NCBI GenBank assembly: GCA_965243025.1 | Contig: CBDETY010000003.1 | Coordinates: 320,001-384,000, forward strand | Length of the DNA: 64,000 nucleotides | Direction: 5' to 3' | Origin: Candidatus Latescibacterota bacterium | GTDB taxonomy: Bacteria > Latescibacterota > UBA2968 > UBA8231 | Part shown: positions 26,702 to 37,318 of the stretch, piece by piece | How positions within the stretch are numbered: the stretch's first letter is position 1 | Layout of the letters: each line of letters opens with the position of its first letter | Notes under the pieces: model-generated | The model's input: the letters and a program-made list of their open reading frames with translations, nothing else | Database searches by the model: none | What the model was told of the DNA's origin: nothing | Program-made: the position numbers and the translations under genes

Positions 26702-27886
26702 TCAACCGCCTGCAAGACGCTGTGCTCTACCCGTATCGGAGGCGCGGTACAGGGCGTGCTGAATCTCCAGGAAGCGCAGGCCGTCCTCGTTGGAGTTGGG
26801 CGGATCACACTCTCCACGGACGGCATCGAGGAAGGCTTGAAAGAAAGGGTCCTCCCCTTCGGGTCCTACCGCGTGGCTGAGATCGGTCTCCCAGCGTTTG
26901 ATGAGGTGCCGGTCCGAGGGTTCGCCCAGATGCCCGGTACCGCCCTCGAGGTCGGCTTGAAGGTCGAGCGTGAACTGCCCGCTGTCGGAATTCGCGGAAA
27001 TGCAGCCCTTTTCACCCCACAACCTGAAGCCGCGTGACTGGGCGGAGCTCCGGTCTTCGGGAAGGAGCGCGGGCTTGACCGAGTCGCTCATAATCAGAGT
27101 ACCGGCTGGGCTGATGGACTGGACCTCCGTTTCCACAGGCTGGTAAGGAGTCGGCCCCCAGTAGCCGCTGTGCAGAACACCCACGGCGCCGCCGGCAAAA
27201 CGGACGCACAGCACTATGGTATCCTCCACCTCCAGCGGCTCCCCGCACACGACGTCCGCAAAGCCCGTCACTTCCACGATCTCCTCCCCGAGTATGCGGC
27301 GCATGGAATGAAGGTAGTGGCATGCGAGATGGCCCAGGATCCCTCCACCCGCCTGCTCCCCGGAAAACACCCAACCGAAGTCATGGCGTCGCCGCCACCT
27401 CTGGTGGTCCATGCTCAGGTAGTTTATGCCGTAGATGCGGCCAAGAGTTCCTTCCGACACAATCCTGGCAGCCTCGCGAACCACGGGGGAGTCTGCAATC
27501 AGCGCCATGGTGAGGAGCAGCCCCCGAGCGTTCGCCAGTTCTACCAGGGGTGCATAGGCGTCCGGGCTGGTGGCGCCGGGTTTCTCCACGAGGACATGGG
27601 CGCCAGCCTCCAGGGCTGCCAGAACGGCGTCCGGCATCCTCGAAGGAGCCATGGTCACCACGGCCATCTGGATCTTGTGCTGCTCGAGGAGTTCTTCCGG
27701 AGAGGAGTAGACGCCGCCCAGTTTGTCTCCGACTGCCTGACTCACGAGGTCTGCATTCTTCCCCGATGGATCGGAGAGAAAGACCTTCGAGATGCTGTCG
27801 CTGTGGCCGAGCCGGATCGCCCAGCCCGTGCGGTGCCACCCCAGCTCCTCGGTGAGGATTGCCGCGTGCATGCTGTTACTCCTCAT
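26702..27886 (-). CDS. Gfo/Idh/MocA family oxidoreductase (divergent N-terminus)
   Basis: HVLVEKP, GGGILGHLACH, VEDT; start 27886 or 27871. Confidence 0.85.
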   Translation of the reverse strand: MRSNSMHAAILTEELGWHRTGWAIRLGHSDSISKVFLSDPSGKNADLVSQAVGDKLGGVYSSPEELLEQHKIQMAVVTMAPSRMPDAVLAALEAGAHVLVEKPGATSPDAYAPLVELANARGLLLTMALIADSPVVREAARIVSEGTLGRIYGINYLSMDHQRWRRRHDFGWVFSGEQAGGGILGHLACHYLHSMRRILGEEIVEVTGFADVVCGEPLEVEDTIVLCVRFAGGAVGVLHSGYWGPTPYQPVETEVQSISPAGTLIMSDSVKPALLPEDRSSAQSRGFRLWGEKGCISANSDSGQFTLDLQADLEGGTGHLGEPSDRHLIKRWETDLSHAVGPEGEDPFFQAFLDAVRGECDPPNSNEDGLRFLEIQHALYRASDTGRAQRLAGG

Positions 27887-27901
27887 CGTTCATACGGCTC
27901 G

Positions 27902-29179
27902 TCACCCGCCTCGCTGAACCCCATGGGTCAGGCGTCCCTTCCTGCTGTAGAAGGGATCGTCCCTGTCCAGCGGAAGCGTGACCGGCCGGCGTTCCTCGGC
28001 CGACTTGTAGATTGCCCGCACCAGCTCCACGTGATGACGCGGTACCTCGATGGGCACACGGGGTTCCGTATTGTCAATGATGCTTTCCAGGAACAGCCGG
28101 GTCTGGTATTCCTGGGTTATCTGCTCGGGGATGTGCGCCACATCCGCCCTCAGCGCCTCCAGGGCCTCCAGGGCAGCGGGATTATCTGCCGAGGCGAAGG
28201 ATGTACTGGCCTGGGTAAGATCGGGAGGAGCGTTCTCTTCCGGTAATACCAGGAGGGAAGCGTCCCGCCCCGATATCTCGATGCGGCTTCGATGGCCGCG
28301 GGGTTGGCGGTGGGTAATCAGGGAGGCGTGTATGCTGCCTGTAGCACCGTTGGCAAAGCGGACCACTGCCTGGCTGAGGCTGTCGTGTTCAACCCGGCGC
28401 AACACAGGTCCCGAGTAAGCAAAGACCTCCACGACCCGGGACCCGACCACCCACAGAAACGGGTCTATGACGTACCTGCCCTGATGGAACACGGCGCCCC
28501 CTCCTTCACCTTCCCAACTGCCTTGCCAGTGACCGGAAGGTGAGTCCGGGTCGAAGTAGCTCTGCGGGCGATAGTTGTTCATCTCGACCCTGGCGCTGCC
28601 CATCTCACCCAGTCTGCCGCTCTCCACCGCACTCCGGGCCAGGGCCATCGCCCGGGTGTAGCGGGGGAAGCACTGCGAAACGTACTTGACCCCTGCCTTG
28701 CTTACCGCCGCAACTATGGCATCCGCCTCCTCGACGCTGGGGGCCATGGGCCCTTCGCTGAAGACGTGCCGGCCCGATTCGGCGGCTGCCACCACGGGCT
28801 CGGCCCTTACAGGAGGCGGCGTCTGAACAACCGCCACCTGCACCTCGTCGTCGTTCAGCAACTCCTCATGGGTGCGGTATTTCCTTATCGACACACCGGA
28901 AGCGGTCCCGGCCGCCTCCGCTTTCCTCAGGTGAGTCTCGCGGTTGGCCTTGCGTTCCTGTGGACTCCAGCCCTTGTCAGCCAGGACCCGTTGGCGGGAG
29001 GCTTCCTCCAGATAGGCATTGGTCAACATCCGGCGCCGCTCCTCGGCCAGCTCACCCACCGGGTCGGCCACCGCCACCACTTGAGCGATATCTGCCAGGC
29101 CGGCATACATCTGCACGTAGAGCTCCCGTGAGATACCGCCACAGCCTATGAATCCGACTTTCAGCGGCGTATCAACCAC
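27902..29179 (-). CDS. Gfo/Idh/MocA family oxidoreductase
   Basis: VGFIGCGGI, HVFSEGP (EKP variant), EGGGAVFHQG; carries an extra charged helical insert after the Rossmann start. Confidence 0.87.
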   Translation of the reverse strand: MVDTPLKVGFIGCGGISRELYVQMYAGLADIAQVVAVADPVGELAEERRRMLTNAYLEEASRQRVLADKGWSPQERKANRETHLRKAEAAGTASGVSIRKYRTHEELLNDDEVQVAVVQTPPPVRAEPVVAAAESGRHVFSEGPMAPSVEEADAIVAAVSKAGVKYVSQCFPRYTRAMALARSAVESGRLGEMGSARVEMNNYRPQSYFDPDSPSGHWQGSWEGEGGGAVFHQGRYVIDPFLWVVGSRVVEVFAYSGPVLRRVEHDSLSQAVVRFANGATGSIHASLITHRQPRGHRSRIEISGRDASLLVLPEENAPPDLTQASTSFASADNPAALEALEALRADVAHIPEQITQEYQTRLFLESIIDNTEPRVPIEVPRHHVELVRAIYKSAEERRPVTLPLDRDDPFYSRKGRLTHGVQRGG

Positions 29180-29384
29180 GATTCCCTCTCTTTCATCTCG
29201 GCGAGGATTCTCCCGTTCAGCCGCCGGTCACAGGAAAGGCTCAGGACCGATAAAGCGGCCTGAAGAGATCGTCAGTCTATGGCGGTGGAGAGGTGGTGTC
29301 GAGAGGGGAGCAGCGGGATGGGGTTGCGGTGGGCTCAGCCCCTTGACCGGGAGTCCGAAATAGGTGCCTCATATTTCTTATTCT

Positions 29385-29414
29385 TTGCAGCAGGCGATCG
29401 TGGAGCCATACAAT
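29385..29414 (+). promoter_or_regulatory. Sigma70-like promoter upstream of the sulfatase
   Basis: TTGCAG, 18 bp spacer, TACAAT, with an AT-rich upstream tract. Confidence 0.45.
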
Positions 29415-29470
29415 CCGGGGCGGCCCGATATCGCCGCCCCGCCCGCCGAAGGAGAGGCAGCCTGACTTCC

Positions 29471-30901
29471 ATGCCGGACAGACGCCCCAACATACTGTTC
29501 GTCCTCACCGACCAGCAGCGGCCGGAGTGGGTCGAGATGAACCCGGAGATTCCGGTGCGCACTCCGCATCTCGAGCAGCTCGCCGACCGCGGGATCTGGC
29601 TGTCCAATACCGTCTGTCCATCGCCTGTTTGCGCTCCTTCGCGCTCCTGCCTGGTGGCAGGGCAGGAGTACGACCGCACCCGCGTGTGGGGCAACGACAC
29701 CTGTCCCCCTGACGATCTGCCCAAGTACCATCTGCGCCTGCGCGACGAGGCCGGGTATCACGTCATGGCGGCCGGCAAACACCACGTGGGCAATAATCAA
29801 TCCGGAAACCCCCCGCAGTTGCACCGGGGGATCGACGGCCGGCAGGGGCTGGAAGAATGGGGGTTTTCCGACGCGATCTTCAACGCCGGCCTGAACCAGG
29901 CGACTACCCTGATGCGCCGCAACGACATGGTTCCCCAGGATTCGTACATGGCGTTCCTGCACGAGCGCGGCCTGGCGCAGGAGCACCTTGACGACTACGC
30001 GCGCCGCAACCGGGAGGGGGTGTGGACGGCTACTTTTCCGACGACGCTGCCCGACGACGCCTATTTCGACACCTGGATTACCGGCAACGCCCTCGCCTTG
30101 CTGGATCGGGCACCTGACGACAAGCCGTGGTACCTGGAGGTGAACCTGCAAAACCCCCATCACCCCTGGGACATCACCGAGTCGATGCACCGGTGGTACC
30201 GCGAACCCCCGGTCGATTTTCCTCCGCCTCTGTTCAACACCGGGAATATCTCCCCTGAGACACATCAGGAGGTGCGCCGCAACTGGGCCGCCACGGTCGA
30301 ACATCTCGATCAGTGCCTCGGACGCCTGGTAGAGCAGGTTGGCAAGCGGGGGGATCTGGAGAACACGGTCGTTGTCTTCACCAGTGACCACGGCGAGATG
30401 CTCGGGGACTACAATCAATGGCAGAAACTGTCCCCTCTGCAGGCCTCGGTCGGGGTTCCCCTGGCAATAGCGGGCCCCGGGGTGGCTGCTGTCGGCCGCG
30501 ACGAGGCTCCGATGACGACCCTCGATCTGACGGCGAGCTTTCTTGAGTGGGCGGGGCTGACGCCTGGTGAAGCTCTCGACAGCCGCTCCCTTGTCGGTTA
30601 TCTCGGAGGAGGTGGGTACAGGCACCGAGATGTGGTGTTTTCCGGCCTGAGTGCCTGGCGCATGGTCTTCGACGGTCGTTTCAAGCTGGTTCGCGGCTAC
30701 GACCCGATGAAGCGCATCGGCGGCGATACCTTCGAACCGATGCACGTTCCACCTGACGAAACGAAGCGCCTGCAGCGCGACCGGCCCCAAATACTGTACG
30801 ATGTCGAGCGCAACGAAAGAGACGATGTGTCCTCCGCATTTCCCGAGGTCCTTCACCGGCTCGGCGCGGCTCTCGATGAGCATTTGGCTTCCATAGGATG
30901 A
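29471..30901 (+). CDS. Sulfatase (Cys-type, S1 family)
   Basis: PNILFVLTDQQR, CAPSR (CxPxR), GKHH, NPHHP, SDHGEMLG. Confidence 0.93.
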   Translation: MPDRRPNILFVLTDQQRPEWVEMNPEIPVRTPHLEQLADRGIWLSNTVCPSPVCAPSRSCLVAGQEYDRTRVWGNDTCPPDDLPKYHLRLRDEAGYHVMAAGKHHVGNNQSGNPPQLHRGIDGRQGLEEWGFSDAIFNAGLNQATTLMRRNDMVPQDSYMAFLHERGLAQEHLDDYARRNREGVWTATFPTTLPDDAYFDTWITGNALALLDRAPDDKPWYLEVNLQNPHHPWDITESMHRWYREPPVDFPPPLFNTGNISPETHQEVRRNWAATVEHLDQCLGRLVEQVGKRGDLENTVVVFTSDHGEMLGDYNQWQKLSPLQASVGVPLAIAGPGVAAVGRDEAPMTTLDLTASFLEWAGLTPGEALDSRSLVGYLGGGGYRHRDVVFSGLSAWRMVFDGRFKLVRGYDPMKRIGGDTFEPMHVPPDETKRLQRDRPQILYDVERNERDDVSSAFPEVLHRLGAALDEHLASIG

Positions 30902-31259
30902 AATCCATCCCACTGTTGGTGAAAAGCGGTTCTGCCACCGCGATTCGTCGGTGCCTTCCGAACCCCTCCGAGCCGGGGTCCGGGTCCTGGCTGTAGCTGA
31001 CCGGCTCGAAGAAGGCGAAGAACCCGAAATTGACCGGATCGCCGGCAGGCGCACACGAGTCGTGTAGGTGATCGACGATGGTTTCGGAAAACCCCACTAT
31101 CGAACATGGCTTCTGCAATGATTCAGTGCTGGCGTTCAATAATCTTTCCGGTCCTGGTCTGGGGATCCGCATTCCGAATAACCAGCCAGCGGTTTTATTT
31201 TCCCAACAGCCATTGAAATAAAAACGACCAGCCAATTCCTGAGATTGAGTCCCCCCGCC

Positions 31260-32699
31260 ATGCCCCGCCGCTCCTCGTCCACGCCCCCGAACCTGCTGCT
31301 GATCGTCACCGATCAGCAGGCGCGCTCGACCCTGGCCGCCTACGGCAACGACCGCATCCAGGTGCCGCGCATGAACGCGCTGGCCGCGCGCAGCACCGTG
31401 TTCCACCGCGCCTACTGCGCCCAGCCGGTGTGCGGTCCGGCGCGCGCCTGCCTGTTCACCGGCACCTGGCCGCACTGCAACGGCCAGGTCACGCTCCTCG
31501 AGCATCCCATGCACGACCACGTCCCCTGCCTGACCGATCTTCTCGACGATCGCTGGGCCTGCGGGTTCTTCGGCCGCAGCGGCCACCTTCGCTACGCCGG
31601 CGGGCCGGCCCCGCGCGCCGAGGGCATCGACGAGCTCGACTTCAACGACATCGCTACCGATCACCTGCTGCGCGCGCACGGGCTGACGCCGTCCGACGGC
31701 GTACGTTTCGGCAAGAAGGACCGGCCGGCCATCCCCGAGCACCTGGGCGGTCCGTCCAACATCGCCGCCAGGGCGTGCGACTTCATCCGCCGCCGCGCGG
31801 GCAGGCCGTTCGCCCTCACCCTCTGCTTCTACGAGCCCCACGATCCGTTGTCGGGACCCCTGGACGACCTGCATCCCTTCGACCAGGTGCCGCTGCCGGA
31901 CAACTGGCACCATCCGCCCGGCCCGGACCAGCCCCGCAAGGCGCTGCTGGAGCACCTGTATACCCTGCACCGCCCCAGGGACGGCATCGCCCTGCGCTCG
32001 GAACTGGCGTGGCGCCTGCTGATCCAGCGCTACTGGGGCCTGTGCACCCAGGTCGACCGCGCCCTCGGCCGGGTGCTCGACCAGCTCGACGCCTCGGGCG
32101 CGGCCGACGACACGCTGGTGATCCTCACCGCCGATCACGGCGACCTGGCCGGCAGCCACCAGCTGTTCGGCAAGAACATGATGTTCGAGGAGTCGATCGG
32201 CGTGCCGCTGTTCATCAGCCGGCCGGGGCAGAGCCACGACCGGCACGTGCACGCGCCGGTGGGTCACGTCGACATCGTGCCGACCGTGCTCGAGGAGCTG
32301 GGCCTCTCCGCTCCCGGCCACCTTCAGGGCACGTCGCTCGCGCCGTGGCTGGACGGCGCCGATCCGCGGCCGCGGCCGGCGTTCGTGGAATGGACGGGCA
32401 TCAACTACCTGGTCCACGAGGATTTGAAGCGCGACCCGTTGCCCGGCTACCTCGCCGGGGTGACCACGCGCGAGGCCGGGCTGGCCGATCTGGCCGACGC
32501 CGCGCGCTGCATCGTCACGCCCGAGGGGTGGAAGTTCTGCCTGAGCCCGGCCGGCCAGCACGAGCTCTACGACCTGAACGACGATCCCGGCGAGACCGCC
32601 AACCTGGCCTTCCGCCCGGAGCAGGCCGGGCGCTGCCGCGGCCTGACCGCCCGCATCCGCGACTGGCAGCTCGCCGCCGGTGACACCGGGATCGGCTGA
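31260..32699 (+). CDS. Sulfatase (Cys-type, S1 family)
   Basis: PNLLLIVTDQQ, CGPAR (CxPxR), EPHDP, ADHGD, ELYDLNDDPGE. Confidence 0.93.
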   Translation: MPRRSSSTPPNLLLIVTDQQARSTLAAYGNDRIQVPRMNALAARSTVFHRAYCAQPVCGPARACLFTGTWPHCNGQVTLLEHPMHDHVPCLTDLLDDRWACGFFGRSGHLRYAGGPAPRAEGIDELDFNDIATDHLLRAHGLTPSDGVRFGKKDRPAIPEHLGGPSNIAARACDFIRRRAGRPFALTLCFYEPHDPLSGPLDDLHPFDQVPLPDNWHHPPGPDQPRKALLEHLYTLHRPRDGIALRSELAWRLLIQRYWGLCTQVDRALGRVLDQLDASGAADDTLVILTADHGDLAGSHQLFGKNMMFEESIGVPLFISRPGQSHDRHVHAPVGHVDIVPTVLEELGLSAPGHLQGTSLAPWLDGADPRPRPAFVEWTGINYLVHEDLKRDPLPGYLAGVTTREAGLADLADAARCIVTPEGWKFCLSPAGQHELYDLNDDPGETANLAFRPEQAGRCRGLTARIRDWQLAAGDTGIG

Positions 32700-32898
32700 G
32701 CGGAGGCAGGACCCCATGCCGGCTGACTCAACCCCCGCGCGGAAACGGCGTGAAACGTCTCCGGATCGCCGCCCGGGAGAGCGAACAGACCCCGGCATCT
32801 GCTGTCTCCTGCCAGGCCGGCAGGTGTTTTGAGGTTGCGATCTGGCCGCACCCGATCACGGCGACTTTCGTCGGATTCATGAGCTCCTCGCGGTAAAA

Positions 32899-33912
32899 TC
32901 AACTGTCCGACCATCGTATTACCGCACCGACCACATCTTTGGCGCAATCTTTGTTGATGGCGTCGTAAAAGGTTGGTGATTCCTCCGATTCGACGCGATG
33001 CGTGATCGTGTGGTGCCACGGCAGGACACCTGTTGCCATGTTCTTGAGCACCGCGCGCCGGCAAGGCTCAAAGCCATCGTCGCACGGATAGAACATCGTC
33101 AGCCGTTTGCCGTGGGGCGGTGCAAATCGATAGGAGAGGGGCTTCGTGCCGTAATGGCCCTGATACACAAACTTGCCGTGCGGCTTGCACAGCTCGATCG
33201 CAGGGTCAACACACGCAGGCACGCCGGTGGATTCAAAAACAACGTCAGCACCTTCAGGCGCAATCTTGTGCAGTTCCTCCACTACGTTCCGGTTGGAACC
33301 GTTGATGAGATAATCCGCGCCGAGTTTTTCAGCGACCTCCAGCCTGTTCTGTTCAAGGTCAATGGCAACGACGATGCAGCCCCGGTGGCTGCACGCAGCC
33401 ATAACCCCCAATCCGACCAGTCCAGCGCCGAAGACCGCAACGACGTCTCCCATCCGGGGGTTTGCCGTATCGACGCCGTTCAATCCGACCGCTGGCATCA
33501 CGAACAGACTCGCCGCGTCGTCGTGAACACCTTCGGGCAGCAGCTGCAGGCCGTGCGTCGTTTGTGGATTGACCACAGCGGCAGAGCAATGAACGCCGGC
33601 TACGGCTGAGACCTGCTGTCCAGCGGACAGCTGCATCCCCTCCCGGTTATCGCGGTAATAGACCTTGCCGCCGACCTTGAACGTATCGACCTGGTTGCCA
33701 ACTTGTTCGATGACACCGACTCCTTGATAGCCGGTGCATATTGGATACTGCCCCCATGATATCTTGCTTCGGATCAGGGCAAACTCCGTTCCAATGCTGA
33801 CCCCGCTGTACAACGTCCGTATCAGGATGTGTTCCGGTCCCGGATCCGACAGGGTTACATCAGCGCAGCTAAAGTTCTGATTTTCGTCACTGACAAGCGC
33901 TTTGGCGTGCAT
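32899..33912 (-). CDS. MDR-superfamily (zinc-binding alcohol dehydrogenase-like) oxidoreductase
   Basis: SGVSIGTE, GYQGVG, VAVFGAGLVG, DVVFESTG. Visibly lower GC than its neighbours. ATG 33912 chosen. Confidence 0.88.
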   Translation of the reverse strand: MHAKALVSDENQNFSCADVTLSDPGPEHILIRTLYSGVSIGTEFALIRSKISWGQYPICTGYQGVGVIEQVGNQVDTFKVGGKVYYRDNREGMQLSAGQQVSAVAGVHCSAAVVNPQTTHGLQLLPEGVHDDAASLFVMPAVGLNGVDTANPRMGDVVAVFGAGLVGLGVMAACSHRGCIVVAIDLEQNRLEVAEKLGADYLINGSNRNVVEELHKIAPEGADVVFESTGVPACVDPAIELCKPHGKFVYQGHYGTKPLSYRFAPPHGKRLTMFYPCDDGFEPCRRAVLKNMATGVLPWHHTITHRVESEESPTFYDAINKDCAKDVVGAVIRWSDS

Positions 33913-34096
33913 TTTTTCAAATACCTCGTGTGAGTATTTTGTCAAGAAAACTCAGGTTGCCGGACAACCTGCGGGTCGAGTTTTTCATTTCCGACATTTC
34001 TCGGAAATAACCGAATTTACCAACACACCTGTCGCCCGTGCCCCGCCGGCCCTGGCGGGAGGGCGTCCGCGCATTCTCAGCGTGCGGAACTCGGCG

Positions 34097-35632
34097 ATGA
34101 CAAGGAGTGAAGCTTTGTCCTTTCCCCTTTACTCGGACACTGTCGTGATAGGGGGCGGCACGGCTGGAGCCGCCGTTGCCGGTCTCCTGGCCGAACGCGG
34201 CGGCCAGTCAGTGCTGCTCCTGGAGGCTGGCCCCGACTACGGCAGCCTGGAGGAGGGCCGATGGCCGGCCGATCTGCTGGAAGGGCGTGTCGTCGCAAGC
34301 ACGCACGACTGGTCCTACACCAGCGGGGCCTCCGCAGGCCAGCCGGGCCACGCCCTCCAGCGGGCGAGGGTGATCGGCGGCTGCTCATCGCACAATGGCT
34401 GCATCGCCCTCTGGGGCAGCCGCGCAGACTATGATGGCTGGGCCAGCGAGGGCAACGACGGCTGGTCGACGGAAGAGGTCCTTCCCCACTTCCAGAGGGC
34501 AGCGGCCAGGCTGTGCGTCCGCCGCTTCGAACCGGAGGAGACAACTCCGTTCCACGGAGCCTGTCTCGATGCGATGGCCGGTGTCGGAATCCCTCAATCG
34601 GCAGATCTGAACGACCTGGACGAGGATGTTGGCGCGGCGATGGCGCCGGTCAACATCAGGAACGGGATACGGTGGAGCACACCCTTCGCTTACCTGGATC
34701 CGGTACGCGACCGGGGTGATCTGACCGTGGTTGGCGATGCCGTGGTTGACAGGATCAACCTGGACCGCTCCAGAGCCGTCTCGGTCGAAGCGGCCCGGGA
34801 AGGGGAGAGGGTGACTGTTGCCGCGGGCCGGGTCGTCCTGTGTGCCGGCGCCTACGGCTCTCCCGCCGTCCTGCTCCGCTCGGGCGTCGGTCCATCGGAA
34901 GAGTTGGCCTCACTGGGGATCTCCACGCGGATTGACCTGCCGGGAGTGGGACGCAACCTGCACGACCATCCCGGTGTCAGCATGAAACACCACGGCACCC
35001 GGCTCTTCGACTCCTTGATGGAGGACTTCATCGCCGAGGGCAGGACGGTCTTCACGGAGCAGAGCCTGGGCAAGGCCCGCAGCAGCCGCTGCGGCGAGGC
35101 GTTCGACCTGCATATAGCCCCCATCACCTCGGCCGGTCCCGACCCGGCAGGACGCTGGGAGTGCGTGATGTACGTTGCGCACATGGCGCCGCTGTCCCGC
35201 GGGCGGCTGACGCTGCGGGACAGCGACCCGCGGAGCAGCCCGGTGATCGACACCGGCTACTTCACCGACCCAGGCGACGAGGACCTCGCGGTGCTGATGG
35301 ATGGCGTCGCGATGACCAGGGAGATCGCGCGCCAGCGGCCACTGGCCGAGCTGATCGGGACGGAACTCGGGGAAACGGCCGGCATGGTTACGGCCGAGGA
35401 GTTGCGCCGCGACAGCCTTCACTACTACCACCCGGTCGGTACCTGCAGGATGGGCCCCGACTCGCACCCTGCGGCTGTCGTCGACCCAATGGGCAGGGTC
35501 CACGGCGCACAGGGTCTATACGTAGCCGATGCCTCGATCATGCCCGTCGTTCCGAGGGCCAACACCAACCTGCCCACGCTCATGGTAGCCGAGCGGATCG
35601 CAGGAGCGCTCGACTTAGAGCTTCCCCGGTGA
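34097..35632 (+). CDS. GMC-family FAD oxidoreductase (choline dehydrogenase-like)
   Basis: IGGGTAG..LLEAG, GGCSSHN, GAYGSP..LLRSGVG, GRNLHDH, HPVGTCRMG, DASIMP..NTN. Confidence 0.93.
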   Translation: MTRSEALSFPLYSDTVVIGGGTAGAAVAGLLAERGGQSVLLLEAGPDYGSLEEGRWPADLLEGRVVASTHDWSYTSGASAGQPGHALQRARVIGGCSSHNGCIALWGSRADYDGWASEGNDGWSTEEVLPHFQRAAARLCVRRFEPEETTPFHGACLDAMAGVGIPQSADLNDLDEDVGAAMAPVNIRNGIRWSTPFAYLDPVRDRGDLTVVGDAVVDRINLDRSRAVSVEAAREGERVTVAAGRVVLCAGAYGSPAVLLRSGVGPSEELASLGISTRIDLPGVGRNLHDHPGVSMKHHGTRLFDSLMEDFIAEGRTVFTEQSLGKARSSRCGEAFDLHIAPITSAGPDPAGRWECVMYVAHMAPLSRGRLTLRDSDPRSSPVIDTGYFTDPGDEDLAVLMDGVAMTREIARQRPLAELIGTELGETAGMVTAEELRRDSLHYYHPVGTCRMGPDSHPAAVVDPMGRVHGAQGLYVADASIMPVVPRANTNLPTLMVAERIAGALDLELPR

Positions 35633-35810
35633 ACGAAAGAGGGCAAGCTCTATCCCGCCATCCACCGGGCGATGATCCTGATGAAGCCCGCCAACGGCGG
35701 CACCGGGATCGGCTCAGCGGAGGCAGTACCCCATGCGGCCTCGATGTTGCACCAGGGCATGAGATAGAACACTTTCGTCTCTAGTCATGAATATCATGTA
35801 AGGGGGCGCT

Positions 35811-36482
35811 ATGGCCAGCCAGCATGAAAAAATCTCCTTTCTCCATCTCCGGTCCGACGAGGTCGAGGAGCTGCCGGCGAGGCTCAAGGAGAGGTTCGGC
35901 GCCAGGTTCGAGTCGGCGGACGAGTGGATTCTTCTCGGCACCGCCGACCGACAGCTTGCCAGGCTGGCCGATCACGTGATCCGGGTCCTGGCAACGAAGG
36001 GGGCGGAAAGCGCCCGCAGTCTCAGCGAGCGCAATATCGAGCAGTTGGTCGATTTCCTGCTGTCGCGTGCCCCTCATGCCGATGTCGAGACCGACCTCGA
36101 GATCGACAACGTCCAGCTTCGCGCCGGCTACCTGGAGAAAACTCCGGTATTGACGGCGGCGGAAGTCCGTGCCGCGTCGGACCTCAGGCCGCGCAACAAG
36201 AGCGAACCGGCATCGCGCTGGAAACGGGAAGGCAGGATCTTCGCGGTGCGCTGCCAGGGCATCGACCGCTACCCCGCGTTTCAATTCCAGGACGGGGCGC
36301 CGCGTCCCGTGATCAGGGACATACTCGCCGCCCTCCCCAAAGGGACGACGGCATGGCAGACGGCGCTGTGGTTCGCCTCCGGAAATGGCTGGCTCGACGG
36401 CGCCGAACCGCAGCAGCGACTGGATGACGGCGATCAGGTAGTCCAGGCCGCCGGGCGGCTCGCCCTACCCGCGTTCGGATAA
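35811..36482 (+). CDS. Putative antitoxin partner of the RES toxin (HTH plus MbcA/ParS-like C-terminus)
   Basis: LTAAEV..ASRWKREGRIF..YPAFQF..WF.S.NGWLDG..P; directly upstream of a RES gene. Confidence 0.75.
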   Translation: MASQHEKISFLHLRSDEVEELPARLKERFGARFESADEWILLGTADRQLARLADHVIRVLATKGAESARSLSERNIEQLVDFLLSRAPHADVETDLEIDNVQLRAGYLEKTPVLTAAEVRAASDLRPRNKSEPASRWKREGRIFAVRCQGIDRYPAFQFQDGAPRPVIRDILAALPKGTTAWQTALWFASGNGWLDGAEPQQRLDDGDQVVQAAGRLALPAFG

Positions 36483-36492
36483 CGGGCCGGCC

Positions 36493-37104
36493 TTGGAGTC
36501 CCTCCCGCGCCCCCCGGCCGTCCTGGCGAAACCCAATCTCACCGTCCTCGAGGCCGGGGCGCTGTTGCATCGTGTCCACGACCGGGGGCTCGCCCCGAAT
36601 GCCTTCAACCCCTGCCTGGGCGGCCCCACACGCTTTGCCCCCATCCGGGACAGCGATGGGCGGTGCGTTCCTTCCCTGTACGCCGGCAGGACGCTCGTTT
36701 CGGCCATCTGCGAGACGATCTTCCATGACGTGCCGGCCGAGGCGGAGCGCAAGACCGTGCCGAGATACCAGATCGACCGCCGGTCGCACGGCACGCTTCA
36801 ACTGCGGCGCGCCATCCGCCTGGCAAATCTGCGCGCTGCCGACCTCAAAAAGTGGAACGTCACCCGGGCGGACCTGGTAGGCAGCCCCCCGACCTGCTAC
36901 GGCCGGACGGTAGAGTGGGCCCGGGCGATCCATGGTCAGTTCCCGGAGGTAGGAGGGCTGATCTGGACCTCGAACCAGTGCGACCCCGATGACGTTCTCA
37001 TTCTTTTCGGCGACCGTGCGGCCGAAGCGGACCTCGGAATCGTTGCGGTCCGGGACGGTGGTTCCGATGCGTCGTTTCTGGAGGAAGTGCGCGCCGCCGG
37101 TTAA
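36493..37104 (+). CDS. RES-domain protein (putative NAD+ phosphorylase toxin)
   Basis: RVH..FNP..RF..SLY..ETIFHD..GLIWTS..LFGDR; TTG start. Confidence 0.85.
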   Translation: MESLPRPPAVLAKPNLTVLEAGALLHRVHDRGLAPNAFNPCLGGPTRFAPIRDSDGRCVPSLYAGRTLVSAICETIFHDVPAEAERKTVPRYQIDRRSHGTLQLRRAIRLANLRAADLKKWNVTRADLVGSPPTCYGRTVEWARAIHGQFPEVGGLIWTSNQCDPDDVLILFGDRAAEADLGIVAVRDGGSDASFLEEVRAAG

Positions 37105-37318
37105 CGTGCCGGGATCCGGATCACGGTTTGAGGAGCCGGCGCAGTCATTCCTGGCGATGTGCGAGGCCCCGACCGGCGGGGGCTCGAACGCTTGTGGCGC
37201 TACGTGGCGCGGCCGATCATCCCGCAGCCCCTCGCCATTCACCGGGGGATATCTGGACCGCCGCTCCGGTCGGTGTTCCAGCTTGACAGAGCCCTGATGA
37301 TACTTAATTGATACCAGT

